Part shown: positions 1 through 11,687 of the stretch, piece by piece
How positions within the stretch are numbered: the first letter of the stretch is position 1
Layout of the letters: every line of letters begins with the position of its first letter
Assembly: GCF_044324875.1 (NCBI RefSeq)
Contig: NZ_CP172185.1
DNA length: 64,000 nucleotides
DNA from: Escherichia coli
Lineage (GTDB): Bacteria > Pseudomonadota > Gammaproteobacteria > Enterobacterales > Enterobacteriaceae
Strand: one strand, 5' to 3'
Program-made: the position numbers and the translations under genes
The notes under the pieces: generated by a model
Databases searched by the model: none
Told to the model about the DNA's origin: nothing
What the model saw: only the letters and a program-made list of their open reading frames with translations

Positions 1-134
1 AAAGTCGATTTACCGCAGCCAGACGGTCCGACAAACACCACGAATTCACCTTCATGGATATCGAGATTGATATCTTTCGATACCACGACCTCGCCCCAGG
101 CTTTCGTTACATTTTGCAGCTGTACGCTCGCCAT
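1..134 (-). CDS. malK: Maltose ABC transporter ATP-binding subunit MalK, 5' end only (gene continues beyond window start)
   Basis: Reverse-complement from ATG at 132-134 translates [44 protein letters not shown], matching the MalK N-terminus with Walker A motif; divergent from malE as in the mal regulon. Confidence 0.9.
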
Positions 135-1689
<1,555 letters not shown>

Positions 1690-1699
1690 TGCTGTGAAA

Positions 1700-1825
1700 T
1701 GCCGGATGCGGCGTGAACGCCTTGTCCGGCCTACAAAACCGAAACGTATGTAGGCCTGGTAAGGCGCGTCAGCGTCGCATCAGGCAGTTGTTGTCGGATA
1801 AGGCGTGAAAGCCTTATCCGTCCTG
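1700..1825. repeat. REP / BIME palindromic units in the malE-malF intergenic region
   Basis: GCCGGATGCGGCGTGAACGCCTTGTCCGGCCTAC and TAGGCCTGGTAAGGCGCGTCAGCGTCGCATCAGGC imperfect palindromes; this intergenic region is the classical REP example. Confidence 0.85.
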
Positions 1826-1842
1826 GAATGAGGAAGAACCCC

Positions 1843-3387
1843 ATGGATGTCATTAAAAAGAAACATTGGTGGCAAAGCGACGCGCTGAAATGGTCAGTGT
1901 TAGGTCTGCTCGGCCTGCTGGTGGGTTACCTTGTTGTTTTAATGTACGCACAAGGGGAATACCTGTTCGCCATTACCACGCTGATATTGAGTTCAGCGGG
2001 GCTGTATATTTTCGCCAATCGTAAAGCCTACGCCTGGCGCTATGTTTACCCGGGAATGGCTGGAATGGGATTATTCGTCCTCTTCCCTTTGGTCTGCACC
2101 ATCGCCATTGCCTTCACCAACTACAGCAGCACTAACCAGCTGACTTTTGAACGTGCGCAGGAAGTGTTGTTAGATCGCTCCTGGCAAGCAGGCAAAACCT
2201 ATAATTTTGGTCTTTACCCGGCGGGCGATGAGTGGCAACTGGCGCTCAGCGACGGCGAAACCGGCAAAAATTACCTCTCCGACGCGTTTAAATTTGGCGG
2301 CGAGCAAAAACTGCAACTGAAAGAAACGACCGCCCAGCCCGAAGGCGAACGCGCGAATCTACGCGTGATTACCCAGAACCGTCAGGCGCTGAGTGACATT
2401 ACCGCCATTCTGCCGGATGGCAACAAAGTGATGATGAGCTCCCTGCGCCAGTTTTCTGGCACGCAGCCGCTCTACACACTCGACGGTGACGGCACGTTGA
2501 CGAATAATCAGAGCGGCGTGAAATATCGTCCGAATAACCAAATTGGCTTTTACCAGTCCATTACCGCCGACGGCAACTGGGGCGATGAAAAGCTAAGCCC
2601 CGGTTACACCGTGACCACTGGCTGGAAAAACTTTACCCGCGTCTTCACCGACGAAGGCATTCAGAAACCGTTCCTCGCCATTTTCGTCTGGACCGTGGTG
2701 TTCTCGCTGATCACTGTCTTTTTAACGGTGGCGGTCGGCATGGTTCTGGCGTGTCTGGTGCAGTGGGAAGCGTTGCGCGGCAAAGCGGTCTATCGCGTCC
2801 TGCTGATTCTGCCCTACGCGGTGCCATCGTTCATTTCAATCTTGATTTTCAAAGGGTTGTTTAACCAGAGCTTCGGTGAGATCAACATGATGTTGAGCGC
2901 GCTGTTTGGCGTGAAGCCCGCCTGGTTCAGCGATCCGACCACCGCCCGAACGATGCTGATTATCGTCAATACCTGGCTGGGTTATCCGTACATGATGATC
3001 CTCTGCATGGGCTTGCTGAAAGCGATTCCGGACGATTTGTATGAAGCCTCAGCAATGGATGGCGCAGGTCCGTTCCAGAACTTCTTTAAGATTACGCTGC
3101 CGCTGCTGATTAAACCGCTGACGCCGCTGATGATCGCCAGCTTCGCCTTTAACTTTAACAACTTCGTGCTGATTCAACTGTTAACCAACGGCGGCCCGGA
3201 TCGTCTTGGCACGACCACGCCAGCCGGTTATACCGACCTGCTTGTTAACTACACCTACCGCATCGCTTTTGAAGGCGGCGGGGGTCAGGACTTCGGTCTG
3301 GCGGCAGCAATTGCCACGCTGATCTTCCTGCTGGTGGGTGCGCTGGCGATAGTGAACCTGAAAGCCACGCGAATGAAGTTTGATTAA
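1843..3387 (+). CDS. malF: Maltose ABC transporter permease MalF (514 aa)
   Basis: ORF contains [26 protein letters not shown]...; start placed at the MDVIKKK methionine (ORF track begins 5 codons upstream). Confidence 0.95.
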
Positions 3388-3401
3388 GGGAGATAACAAA
3401 A

Positions 3402-4292
3402 ATGGCAATGGTCCAACCGAAATCGCAAAAAGCACGTTTGTTTATTACTCACCTGCTACTGCTACTTTTTATCGCGGCGATTATGTTCCCGCTGCTGATG
3501 GTCGTCGCTATCTCACTGCGCCAGGGGAACTTTGCGACCGGCAGCCTGATCCCGGAGCAAATCTCCTGGGATCACTGGAAACTGGCATTAGGTTTTAGCG
3601 TGGAACAGGCTGATGGTCGCGTTACACCGCCGCCGTTTCCGGTACTGCTATGGCTGTGGAACTCGGTAAAGGTCGCCGGGATTTCCGCGATTGGCATTGT
3701 GGCGCTCTCCACCACCTGCGCCTACGCTTTCGCCCGTATGCGCTTTCCAGGCAAAGCGACGCTGCTGAAAGGAATGCTGATTTTCCAGATGTTCCCGGCA
3801 GTACTTTCACTGGTCGCGTTGTATGCGTTGTTTGATCGTCTGGGTGAGTACATTCCATTCATTGGCCTGAATACACACGGCGGCGTAATTTTCGCGTATC
3901 TGGGTGGGATTGCGCTGCATGTCTGGACCATCAAAGGCTATTTCGAAACCATCGACAGTTCGCTGGAAGAAGCGGCGGCGCTGGATGGTGCGACACCGTG
4001 GCAAGCCTTCCGCCTTGTCTTGTTACCGCTGTCAGTACCGATTCTGGCGGTGGTGTTCATCCTGTCGTTTATCGCTGCCATTACTGAAGTTCCGGTCGCG
4101 TCGCTGTTACTGCGTGACGTAAATAGCTACACCCTGGCCGTGGGGATGCAGCAATACCTCAACCCGCAAAACTACCTGTGGGGTGACTTTGCTGCCGCTG
4201 CCGTGATGTCTGCATTACCGATCACCATCGTCTTCTTGCTGGCTCAACGCTGGCTGGTCAACGGCCTGACGGCAGGTGGTGTGAAAGGTTAA
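3402..4292 (+). CDS. malG: Maltose ABC transporter permease MalG (296 aa)
   Basis: Translation [40 protein letters not shown]...; 14 bp after malF with AGGGAGA RBS-like sequence. Confidence 0.97.
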   Translation: MAMVQPKSQKARLFITHLLLLLFIAAIMFPLLMVVAISLRQGNFATGSLIPEQISWDHWKLALGFSVEQADGRVTPPPFPVLLWLWNSVKVAGISAIGIVALSTTCAYAFARMRFPGKATLLKGMLIFQMFPAVLSLVALYALFDRLGEYIPFIGLNTHGGVIFAYLGGIALHVWTIKGYFETIDSSLEEAAALDGATPWQAFRLVLLPLSVPILAVVFILSFIAAITEVPVASLLLRDVNSYTLAVGMQQYLNPQNYLWGDFAAAAVMSALPITIVFLLAQRWLVNGLTAGGVKG

Positions 4293-4362
4293 AGATGTTG
4301 TTCTGCCAATGTTATGCCGCTGCACCCTCAACTTACGTTATCCCAACTTGTGACTGTTATTC

Positions 4363-4387
4363 GGCGCTCCACGGAGCGCCTTTTTTT
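4363..4387 (+). terminator. Rho-independent terminator downstream of malG (GGCGCTCC-ACG-GAGCGCC followed by T7)
   Basis: Perfect 8-bp GC-rich stem with 3-nt loop followed by TTTTTTT on the plus strand; overlaps the psiE stop codon. Confidence 0.7.
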
Positions 4388-4796
4388 ACTCCCGCTTCAA
4401 CCGTTTCGAATTACATAACCACAGGGTGATCACCAGCAACAGGATCGCTGCCGAGTAGATCAACACATCCAGTGGCGATTTATGATCGACGATGATCAAG
4501 CGCACAATGGCGGTGATCCCAATATAGACAAAGTAACGTAGCGGGAAGTGAAAACCGGACTGAAAGTACTTCACAATCAGCGCGATAAATTCGAAATAGA
4601 GAAAGTAAACCACCAGTCCTTCTACCAGCTCATATTTACTGGTTTGTTCTGGCGCGAACAGCACATCAGCCAGATGCACCGTTTCTTTGCCGAGGAAGAC
4701 AACCAAAATCAGGCCGAGGCACAGCAGGCCAAGATTGAGTACGGTCTGCAAAATGGTGGAGATAAACTCCACGCGCGGACGAGAGAGTGACGTCAT
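4386..4796 (-). CDS. psiE: Phosphate-starvation-inducible inner membrane protein PsiE (136 aa)
   Basis: Translation [47 protein letters not shown]... matches PsiE; correct length. Confidence 0.93.
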
Positions 4797-5010
4797 AGCA
4801 GTACCTCCTTCACAGTGGCGAGCTTCCTGTATAACGCAAAAATGTGACGGAGATCTATATTTTTTGTGTATGTTTTGTTCAGCTCAATTAAGTGGGCATC
4901 TCCCATCAACGTCGCATCTGACAAAACATACAGCCAAAAAAAATCACCCATTCAGGTGATTCCCAGCCACCAGCAATGCGCGAAAAATCGACAATGTTCC
5001 TCTGGAACAA

Positions 5011-5289
5011 ATGAAACGTAACCTGATAAAGGTGGTAAAAATGAAGCCTTATTTTGCTGCTTTGATGTTATCAGTCTCTGCTCTTCCTGCTTATGCTGGT
5101 CCGCTCGGTACTGCTGATAAAACCGACCTACCGCAAAGCAATGTCTCCAGCCCAATGATGGCCCAGTCGCTCAGGCAACCAGACCTGCAACCAATATCGA
5201 CGGACAGGAAGACAGAATGTTTTCGCCTTTACACACCAGATCGCAAACCGGGGGTGAACTGCGTTCCTGATGGCTCGACAGGCCATTAA
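5011..5289 (+). CDS. yjbT: Small putative secreted protein YjbT (92 aa) with N-terminal signal peptide
   Basis: ORF MKRNLIKVVKMKPYFAALMLSVSALPAYAGPLGT...; signal-peptide-like N-terminus; position between psiE and yjbH as in K-12. Confidence 0.55.
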   Translation: MKRNLIKVVKMKPYFAALMLSVSALPAYAGPLGTADKTDLPQSNVSSPMMAQSLRQPDLQPISTDRKTECFRLYTPDRKPGVNCVPDGSTGH

Positions 5290-5335
5290 GAATGAGGGTG
5301 CCAGTGAGTGCGAAAACTGGCACCTTTTCCATGAC

Positions 5336-7432
5336 TTAGCGGAAATTGACGCTACGGTCGCTGGTCATGTCATACAACTGGAACTTACGCCCAAGTTGCT
5401 GACCACCGTCACGCGTCAGCGGCGTCCAGCCAATCGCCGCACGGCTGCGTGTCGGGCCAGACGAGAAGAGATCCAACGGTACAGAGACATACACGCCTTT
5501 GGTGAAGTCCCCTTCGCCGTACTCCTCTTTCGAAACGTTGGTGATCGTGGCATAGCCGCCAACCACCACGCCGCTGTCAAAGCGTTTGGCTATTTCCAGC
5601 GTGCCGCCTTTATCCCCTGCCAGATACTGCCCGACGCTCGCTTTCACTAACACATCCTGAGCAAAAGATGGCGTCCAGTAGGCGGTCAGATGTCCGGTTT
5701 TCACGCTGTAGTCGGTGAATTTCATCATATCTTTTGCACTACGCCAGTCGCGCTGTTTAACGTAGTTGGCATCCAGACCAAACGCCCAGTTGCTGTCCAG
5801 CGGGCGATACAACACTTCTGCCCCCGCACCGCCAAACATGGTTTCGAGATAACCACCGTAGACCTGACCGTAGAAGCCGTTGCCCAGATGCTGGAAGTAG
5901 TTGGCTTGCAGGTTATTCACATAGACATCATTCTGCACATACTCGCGCACATGGGTACGAACGCGCGGTAAGTGCGAGTCCTGCGGTGGATTGGTGTAGT
6001 TAAACTTGTCGTAGTTGTTGGCAAGATTTGCAAAAAGGCTGCCAGTGGTCAGCAGATGGTCCGTCAGCCACAAATCTGCCGTTCCCATCACGCCCAGCTG
6101 ATACATGTAAAAGTTTTCCGGGCCACCGACCGACTGGTTCAGCACCGGATCGATATGGAAATCAAAGCGTGATTTGTCGATATACCAGCCCTGCTCGGTG
6201 GACTGCGGAACCACTGGCTCGACGCGTTTTTGCGCCAGCGTCGTTTCGTGGCCCAACGGCTCTCCGGCGAGATGATTTTTCAGGCTGGCGACATCGGTTT
6301 CCGTCGTCACCTGCGGCATGTTAAGGCGATTTTCCGTAATGCGGATCGTTTTGATCCCATCCGGCAGATCGTTCATCACGATCCGATTAGCACGGATGAT
6401 CCCTTCACGCGAATCACGATATTTCACCTGCTCGCCGGTGACATACAGCGTATCGCCTTTCGCCTGGATCTGCGGATCGGCCAGTCCGGCGTTGTATTTC
6501 AACAGCGTTAACTGATTCGCCACCACCGAGTGCTGCAAAATGGCATCCTGCGACTGCGGTTGATATTGCGGGCGGGCGTTATCGTTGTAAGACGGGCGCA
6601 GATCGTTAAAGTTGGTGCGCAACGTAACGCCAAACATAAAGGTGTTGCCACGTTCATAGCTAAGGTTAACGTCGGCCCAATCGGTAACGCGATAAATCGC
6701 CCCGACGTTAAACTTACTTTTTTGCTCCAGCTTCCCGGCAAAATCCTGCTGATAATTATTACCTTCATACTCCAGTTTCAGGCGCAGCGGTTGCCAGGGC
6801 GTCTGGTATTCCACGCCGCCAAACAGTGAGGCAGGACCGTGGAACATCTGGCTACCGTCGATAGATCCCGCTTGTTTGTAGCTGTTATCGCGATAGCAAT
6901 ATTTATCGCTGGCTGAACAGAGCGGATTTTTTACATTACCGCTGGTGCCCAGATATCCCCAGCCCAGGCCGAGCGTAAAATCGAACGGCCCCCAGGCTTT
7001 GCTGGCAACAAGATATTCCGCATCAAACAGCCCCGTACCGCCGATATCCCGCGCACCAACCGCCACTTGCGGCAGCCAATAACTCTCTTCCCACAAACGC
7101 AGTTTGAGATCGAAGGCTTTATCTTTATACGTTTGATCACCAGAGAACGCTTCGACGCTGCTGTACTGCCGGGTGCGCACGTCGGTGTAGCGCAGCGTTG
7201 TTTCCAGCCACGGGAAGAGTTGCACTGAAGCTGAGTAATAACGGTACTGATCGTTATCTCGATAGTTCAGGCTCAACTCCCCTTCCCGCGCCATGCGCGC
7301 GGTGGGCGTTTGTAATAATCCTACGCCACCGAAATCCGACTGCGACGGACCAATGGGCGCAGGATATGTTTCGCCGTAGCAAGCTGTGCTAATGCCCAGC
7401 GCCAGTAAGCTAAGCAGATGTCTTTTTTTCAT
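5336..7432 (-). CDS. yjbH: YjbH, GfcD-family outer-membrane lipoprotein/beta-barrel of the yjbEFGH exopolysaccharide operon (698 aa)
   Basis: 698-aa ORF with signal peptide ([20 protein letters not shown]), C-terminal F residue typical of OM beta-barrels; synteny with yjbEFG. Confidence 0.9.
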   Translation of the reverse strand: MKKRHLLSLLALGISTACYGETYPAPIGPSQSDFGGVGLLQTPTARMAREGELSLNYRDNDQYRYYSASVQLFPWLETTLRYTDVRTRQYSSVEAFSGDQTYKDKAFDLKLRLWEESYWLPQVAVGARDIGGTGLFDAEYLVASKAWGPFDFTLGLGWGYLGTSGNVKNPLCSASDKYCYRDNSYKQAGSIDGSQMFHGPASLFGGVEYQTPWQPLRLKLEYEGNNYQQDFAGKLEQKSKFNVGAIYRVTDWADVNLSYERGNTFMFGVTLRTNFNDLRPSYNDNARPQYQPQSQDAILQHSVVANQLTLLKYNAGLADPQIQAKGDTLYVTGEQVKYRDSREGIIRANRIVMNDLPDGIKTIRITENRLNMPQVTTETDVASLKNHLAGEPLGHETTLAQKRVEPVVPQSTEQGWYIDKSRFDFHIDPVLNQSVGGPENFYMYQLGVMGTADLWLTDHLLTTGSLFANLANNYDKFNYTNPPQDSHLPRVRTHVREYVQNDVYVNNLQANYFQHLGNGFYGQVYGGYLETMFGGAGAEVLYRPLDSNWAFGLDANYVKQRDWRSAKDMMKFTDYSVKTGHLTAYWTPSFAQDVLVKASVGQYLAGDKGGTLEIAKRFDSGVVVGGYATITNVSKEEYGEGDFTKGVYVSVPLDLFSSGPTRSRAAIGWTPLTRDGGQQLGRKFQLYDMTSDRSVNFR

Positions 7433-8169
7433 TATTGAGGTATCCGCTGCGTCAGAGTCTGAAGAATGTCGGCGTTAAGGGCATCAGGCGTCTCACTCCA
7501 GACGGAGTCCGCGAGGCCAACATAAATAATGCTGCCGGGCATCGGCTCTACGTGACGCTTGTTCCAGTAAGCCACCGGCGCTTTTTGCGTGCGTCCGTCC
7601 GGGTAAACCACCCACGCGTAGCTGCGATCCGCACTGCTAAGCAGGTTCTGGCCGGAGAGATAGCTTGCGACGTCGCGACCTGGAGTGAATGGCTGCTTGC
7701 CAGGACGGCTGATAAGCCCGAATAACGTGACCGTGGACGGCGGTGGTCCGACCCACAGCGTGTAGTTGCCCTGCAACGGCGGGTTACCGCGTTCAGCAAC
7801 GCGGACGATATCGGGATCAAGATTGATTTTTTGCCTGCCCGTCACCTTCAACGCCTGAATTTGCTGGCGTAAGGCGTTAATGGCGGCGGCATCGTCAGCG
7901 CTGGAGTCTGCGGCCAGTTCTGCCAGCCGTGTCAGCAACGCCTGCTGCTGACGCAATGCTGCCGCCGTTGCCAGCTCTTCGCTAATCACCGCACCGGGCC
8001 ACCAACTGTTTGCCAGCCGTGGTTGGCCTACCAGATCGATTAAATGCTCTGCACCCGTCAGCGTTTTGGCCTCACTGCTGCCATTGCTGAACACCTTGAC
8101 GGTTCCTGCCGCGAAGACCGATGACGCCCCCACACTCAAAATCAATGCGACAATAGTTTGTTTAATCAT
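7432..8169 (-). CDS. yjbG: YjbG, exopolysaccharide production protein (245 aa, signal peptide)
   Basis: [30 protein letters not shown]...; stop overlaps the yjbH start by 1 nt (operon coupling). Confidence 0.88.
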   Translation of the reverse strand: MIKQTIVALILSVGASSVFAAGTVKVFSNGSSEAKTLTGAEHLIDLVGQPRLANSWWPGAVISEELATAAALRQQQALLTRLAELAADSSADDAAAINALRQQIQALKVTGRQKINLDPDIVRVAERGNPPLQGNYTLWVGPPPSTVTLFGLISRPGKQPFTPGRDVASYLSGQNLLSSADRSYAWVVYPDGRTQKAPVAYWNKRHVEPMPGSIIYVGLADSVWSETPDALNADILQTLTQRIPQ

Positions 8170-8834
8170 TGTTTTGCCGCCTTGATGAGAGTGGTTTTCA
8201 CCGGGAAATAATCCGCGCCGAGATACTGTTCCGACTGGCGAATTTGCCCTTCGCTGTCGATCCAGTAGCGGTTATGCCAGCGCGCCTGGTCGGTGGAGAC
8301 TTCTTCGTCCAGCACGCGAACCGGGGTTTCATCGCTGCCGACTTTGACGGTATCGGTGCCATCCCATTTGAAGACTGAGCGTGCGGTGGCGTAGCGTACC
8401 TGCTGGTACTCGGTCCAGCCCATCGTGCGCGTCCATGTTGCACCATCAACAATTTGTGCGGGTTTAATCAGCGGGTCGGCAGCAAGGTTATTCACTTCAA
8501 TCAGGTTGTCGCCGCCAAGCAAAGTCTTCACCAGACGACCATGTTGTGTGACGAGAGTGGCCTGATCCTGAGTGACCCATTTTTGTTGTCCGTCTTCAGC
8601 AAAGGCCAGCACCACAAACAATTGCGGCCCGCCATTAAGCTGCATGTACTGGCTGGCGTAGGGCATATTTTGAATATCATCGTCCGTCAGCTGTACGCCT
8701 GGCGTGCCGAACAGACTGTCCCACAGCGAATTGCCCAGCTCTTTAGTCGTGGCTGAACAGGCCTGTAATAGCAGGCAGATAAGAATGAGTGCAGGTCGCT
8801 TCACGACTCTTCTCCAGAGGGGCAGAATAACCAC
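8166..8834 (-). CDS. yjbF: YjbF, lipoprotein of the yjbEFGH operon (true start may be about 10 codons downstream of the ORF start)
   Basis: ORF with lipobox-like LLLQAC|S signal; 4-nt overlap with yjbG; reference protein is slightly shorter so the start is uncertain. Confidence 0.8.
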   Translation of the reverse strand: MVILPLWRRVVKRPALILICLLLQACSATTKELGNSLWDSLFGTPGVQLTDDDIQNMPYASQYMQLNGGPQLFVVLAFAEDGQQKWVTQDQATLVTQHGRLVKTLLGGDNLIEVNNLAADPLIKPAQIVDGATWTRTMGWTEYQQVRYATARSVFKWDGTDTVKVGSDETPVRVLDEEVSTDQARWHNRYWIDSEGQIRQSEQYLGADYFPVKTTLIKAAKQ

Positions 8835-8917
8835 ACCGGAGTGTGGTTATGGTAAATCCCTTCATACTTCAAGCCACAGATGCAATGACTCGAATTATTT
8901 TGGGGATACATACTTTA

Positions 8918-9160
8918 TTACTGGGTACTGGTGGTCGTGGTTGTTGTGGTCCCGGTATTAGAACCATCACCGCCACCGGTTGCCGCGAGCGCGACACCCA
9001 CCGCCGAGCTTACGGTGCTGACGCTGGTCGCGGAGGAACTACCCGCCGAAACCGACGTTGCTGCCGACCCTGCCGCTTCGCCCACCTGTACAGGTGCAGC
9101 CCACGCAGAAGTCGCCGCAAGCGCAGATATGGCAAAAATGCCATACAGAACTTTTTTCAT
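8918..9160 (-). CDS. yjbE: YjbE, small secreted Ala/Ser/Thr/Gly-rich low-complexity protein (80 aa)
   Basis: [80 protein letters not shown]; first gene of the yjbEFGH cluster. Confidence 0.85.
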
Positions 9161-9468
9161 AACAATTTCCCTTCATTGAATGAATGGAGATTTACCCAAA
9201 AACATTTCGGGCGGGATCGAGTATACACAACTAAAGCATGCGAATTACGGTGTGGGGAATTAGCGATGGGGTTTTAGGATAATTGGAATGAATATCAAAT
9301 ATAAGTTTCAACTTATATATAAATAAGATTAAAAATCAAAAAGTTAAAATAGAATCAAAAATAATCAACCTACGTATTTTCCGAAATCAATCACGATTAA
9401 AAATTTATTTTAGGATTAACCTCACAGCATGATTTCCGTTAAATCACAGACAAGGGGATTTATCTGAT

Positions 9469-9495
9469 AAAAAATGCCGACATAACGTCGGCATT
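9469..9495 (-). terminator. Rho-independent terminator of pgi
   Basis: Minus-strand hairpin AATGCCGACGTTATGTCGGCATT followed by TTTTTT, 19 bp downstream of the pgi stop. Confidence 0.75.
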
Positions 9496-9513
9496 GTTAT
9501 TAAGGTTATTTAA

Positions 9514-11163
9514 TTAACCGCGCCACGCTTTATAGCGGTTAATCAGACCATTGGTCGAGCTATCGTGGCTGCTGATTTCTTTATCATCTTTCAGCTCTGG
9601 CAGAATACGGTTCGCCAGTTGTTTACCCAGCTCCACGCCCCACTGGTCGAAGGTGAAGATGTTCAGAATCACGCCCTGAGTAAAGATTTTGTGCTCATAC
9701 AGCGCAATCAACGCACCCAGGCTGAACGGAGTGATTTCGCGCAGCAGGATGGAGTTGGTCGGGCGGTTACCTTCGAACACTTTGAACGGCACCACGTAGT
9801 CAAGCGTTGCCGGATCTTTACCCTGATCACGATATTCCTGCTCAACCACTTCGCGGGATTTACCAAACGCCAGCGCTTCGGTCTGAGCAAAGAAGTTAGA
9901 CAGCAGTTTCTGGTGATGATCAGAGAGCGGGTTATGGGTGATAGCCGGGGCGATGAAATCGCACGGTACCATTTTGGTTCCCTGGTGGATCAGCTGGTAG
10001 AACGCGTGCTGACCGTTAGTGCCTGGTTCACCCCAGATAATCGGGCCAGTCTGGTAATTCACGACGTTACCGTTACGGTCAACGTACTTACCGTTGGACT
10101 CCATATTGCCCTGCTGGAAGTACGCCGCGAAACGGTGCATATACTGGTCATACGGCAGAATCGCTTCAGTTTCCGCGCCAAAGAAATTGTTGTACCAGAT
10201 GCCAATCAGCGCCAGTAGTACAGGCAGGTTTTTCTCGGCAGGCGTGGTGGAGAAATGCTTGTCCATCGCGTGTGCGCCAGAAAGCAGTTCAACGAAGTTA
10301 TCAAAGCCGATGGAGAGAACAATCGACAGGCCAATCGCTGACCACAAAGAGTAACGGCCGCCAACCCAGTCCCAGAACTCGAACATGTTGGCAGTATCAA
10401 TACCAAACTCGCCAACGGCTTTGGCATTGGTTGAGAGCGCCGCAAAGTGTTTTGCAACGTGTTTTTCATCACCTGCCGCTTTCAGGAACCAGTCACGCGC
10501 GCTATGGGCGTTGGTCATAGTTTCCTGAGTGGTGAAGGTTTTAGAGGCTACCAGGAACAGCGTGGTTTCCGGGTTTACTTTTTTCAGCACTTCCGCGATG
10601 TGAGTCCCATCGACGTTAGAAACAAAGTGCATGTTCAGGTGATTTTTGTACGGACGCAGTGCTTCGGTCACCATGTACGGGCCGAGGTCAGAACCACCGA
10701 TCCCGATGTTCACTACGTCAGTGATTGCTTTGCCGGTATAACCCTTCCACTCACCGGAAATAATCGCTTCCGAGAAGGTTTTCATCTTCTCCAGCACCGC
10801 GTTGACTTCTGGCATTACGTCTTTGCCATCAACCAGAATCGGGGTATTGCTACGGTTACGCAGCGCTACGTGCAGCACGGCGCGGTTTTCAGTGCGGTTG
10901 ATCTTCTCGCCAGAGAACATCGACTTAATCGCGCCCGCCAGATCGCACTCTTTCGCCAGATCTTGTAATTTCGCCAGCGTCTCTTCAGTGATGCGGTTTT
11001 TGGAGTAATCCACCAGCATCTGATCGTCGAAGGTTGCGGAGAACTTAGAAAAACGATCGCCGTCTTTAGCAAAAAGATCGGCGATCGTAACGTCTTTCAT
11101 TTCATCGAAGTGTTTCTGTAGTGCCTGCCAGGCAGCGGTCTGCGTTGGATTGATGTTTTTCAT
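9514..11163 (-). CDS. pgi: Glucose-6-phosphate isomerase Pgi (549 aa)
   Basis: Translation [41 protein letters not shown]... is Pgi; start set at the ATG (rc of 11161-11163) instead of the upstream TTG used by the ORF track. Confidence 0.97.
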   Translation of the reverse strand: MKNINPTQTAAWQALQKHFDEMKDVTIADLFAKDGDRFSKFSATFDDQMLVDYSKNRITEETLAKLQDLAKECDLAGAIKSMFSGEKINRTENRAVLHVALRNRSNTPILVDGKDVMPEVNAVLEKMKTFSEAIISGEWKGYTGKAITDVVNIGIGGSDLGPYMVTEALRPYKNHLNMHFVSNVDGTHIAEVLKKVNPETTLFLVASKTFTTQETMTNAHSARDWFLKAAGDEKHVAKHFAALSTNAKAVGEFGIDTANMFEFWDWVGGRYSLWSAIGLSIVLSIGFDNFVELLSGAHAMDKHFSTTPAEKNLPVLLALIGIWYNNFFGAETEAILPYDQYMHRFAAYFQQGNMESNGKYVDRNGNVVNYQTGPIIWGEPGTNGQHAFYQLIHQGTKMVPCDFIAPAITHNPLSDHHQKLLSNFFAQTEALAFGKSREVVEQEYRDQGKDPATLDYVVPFKVFEGNRPTNSILLREITPFSLGALIALYEHKIFTQGVILNIFTFDQWGVELGKQLANRILPELKDDKEISSHDSSTNGLINRYKAWRG

Positions 11164-11399
11164 TAGCAATACTCTTCTGATTTTGAGAATTGTGACTTTG
11201 GAAGATTGTAGCGCCAGTCACAGAAAAATGTGATGGTTTTAGTGCCGTTAGCGTAATGTTGAGTGTAAACCCTTAGCGCAGTGAAGCATTTATTAGCTGA
11301 ACTACTGACCGCCAGGAGTGGATGAAAAATCCGCATGACCCCATCGTTGACAACCGCCCCGCTCACCCTTTATTTATAAATGTACTACCTGCGCTAGCG

Positions 11400-11687
11400 C
11401 AGGCCAGAAGAGGCGCGTTGCCCAAGTAACGGTGTTGGAGGAGCCAGTCCTGTGATAACACCTGAGGGGGTGCATCGCCGAGGTGATTGAACGGCTGGCC
11501 ACGTTCATCATCGGCTACAGGGGCTGAATCCCCTGGGTTGTCACCAGAAGCGTTCGCAGTCGGGCGTTTCGCAAGTGGTGGAGCACTTCTGGGTGAAAAT
11601 AGTAGCGAAGTATCGCTCTGCGCCCACCCGTCTTCCGCTCTTCCCTTGTGCCAAGGCTGAAAATGGATCCCCTGACACGAGGTAGTT
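11400..11687 (+). ncRNA. Lysine riboswitch (L-box) in the lysC 5' leader
   Basis: Long structured leader directly upstream of lysC containing the conserved AGAGGCGC start and GG..GAGG..TGG..CCGA elements typical of the lysC L-box; boundaries approximate. Confidence 0.75.

Noticed and set aside
8843-9277. 144-aa and 82-aa plus-strand ORFs overlapping yjbE
   Set aside because: Antisense to yjbE; arise from the GC-rich Ala/Thr/Ser-coding repeats; no start context.
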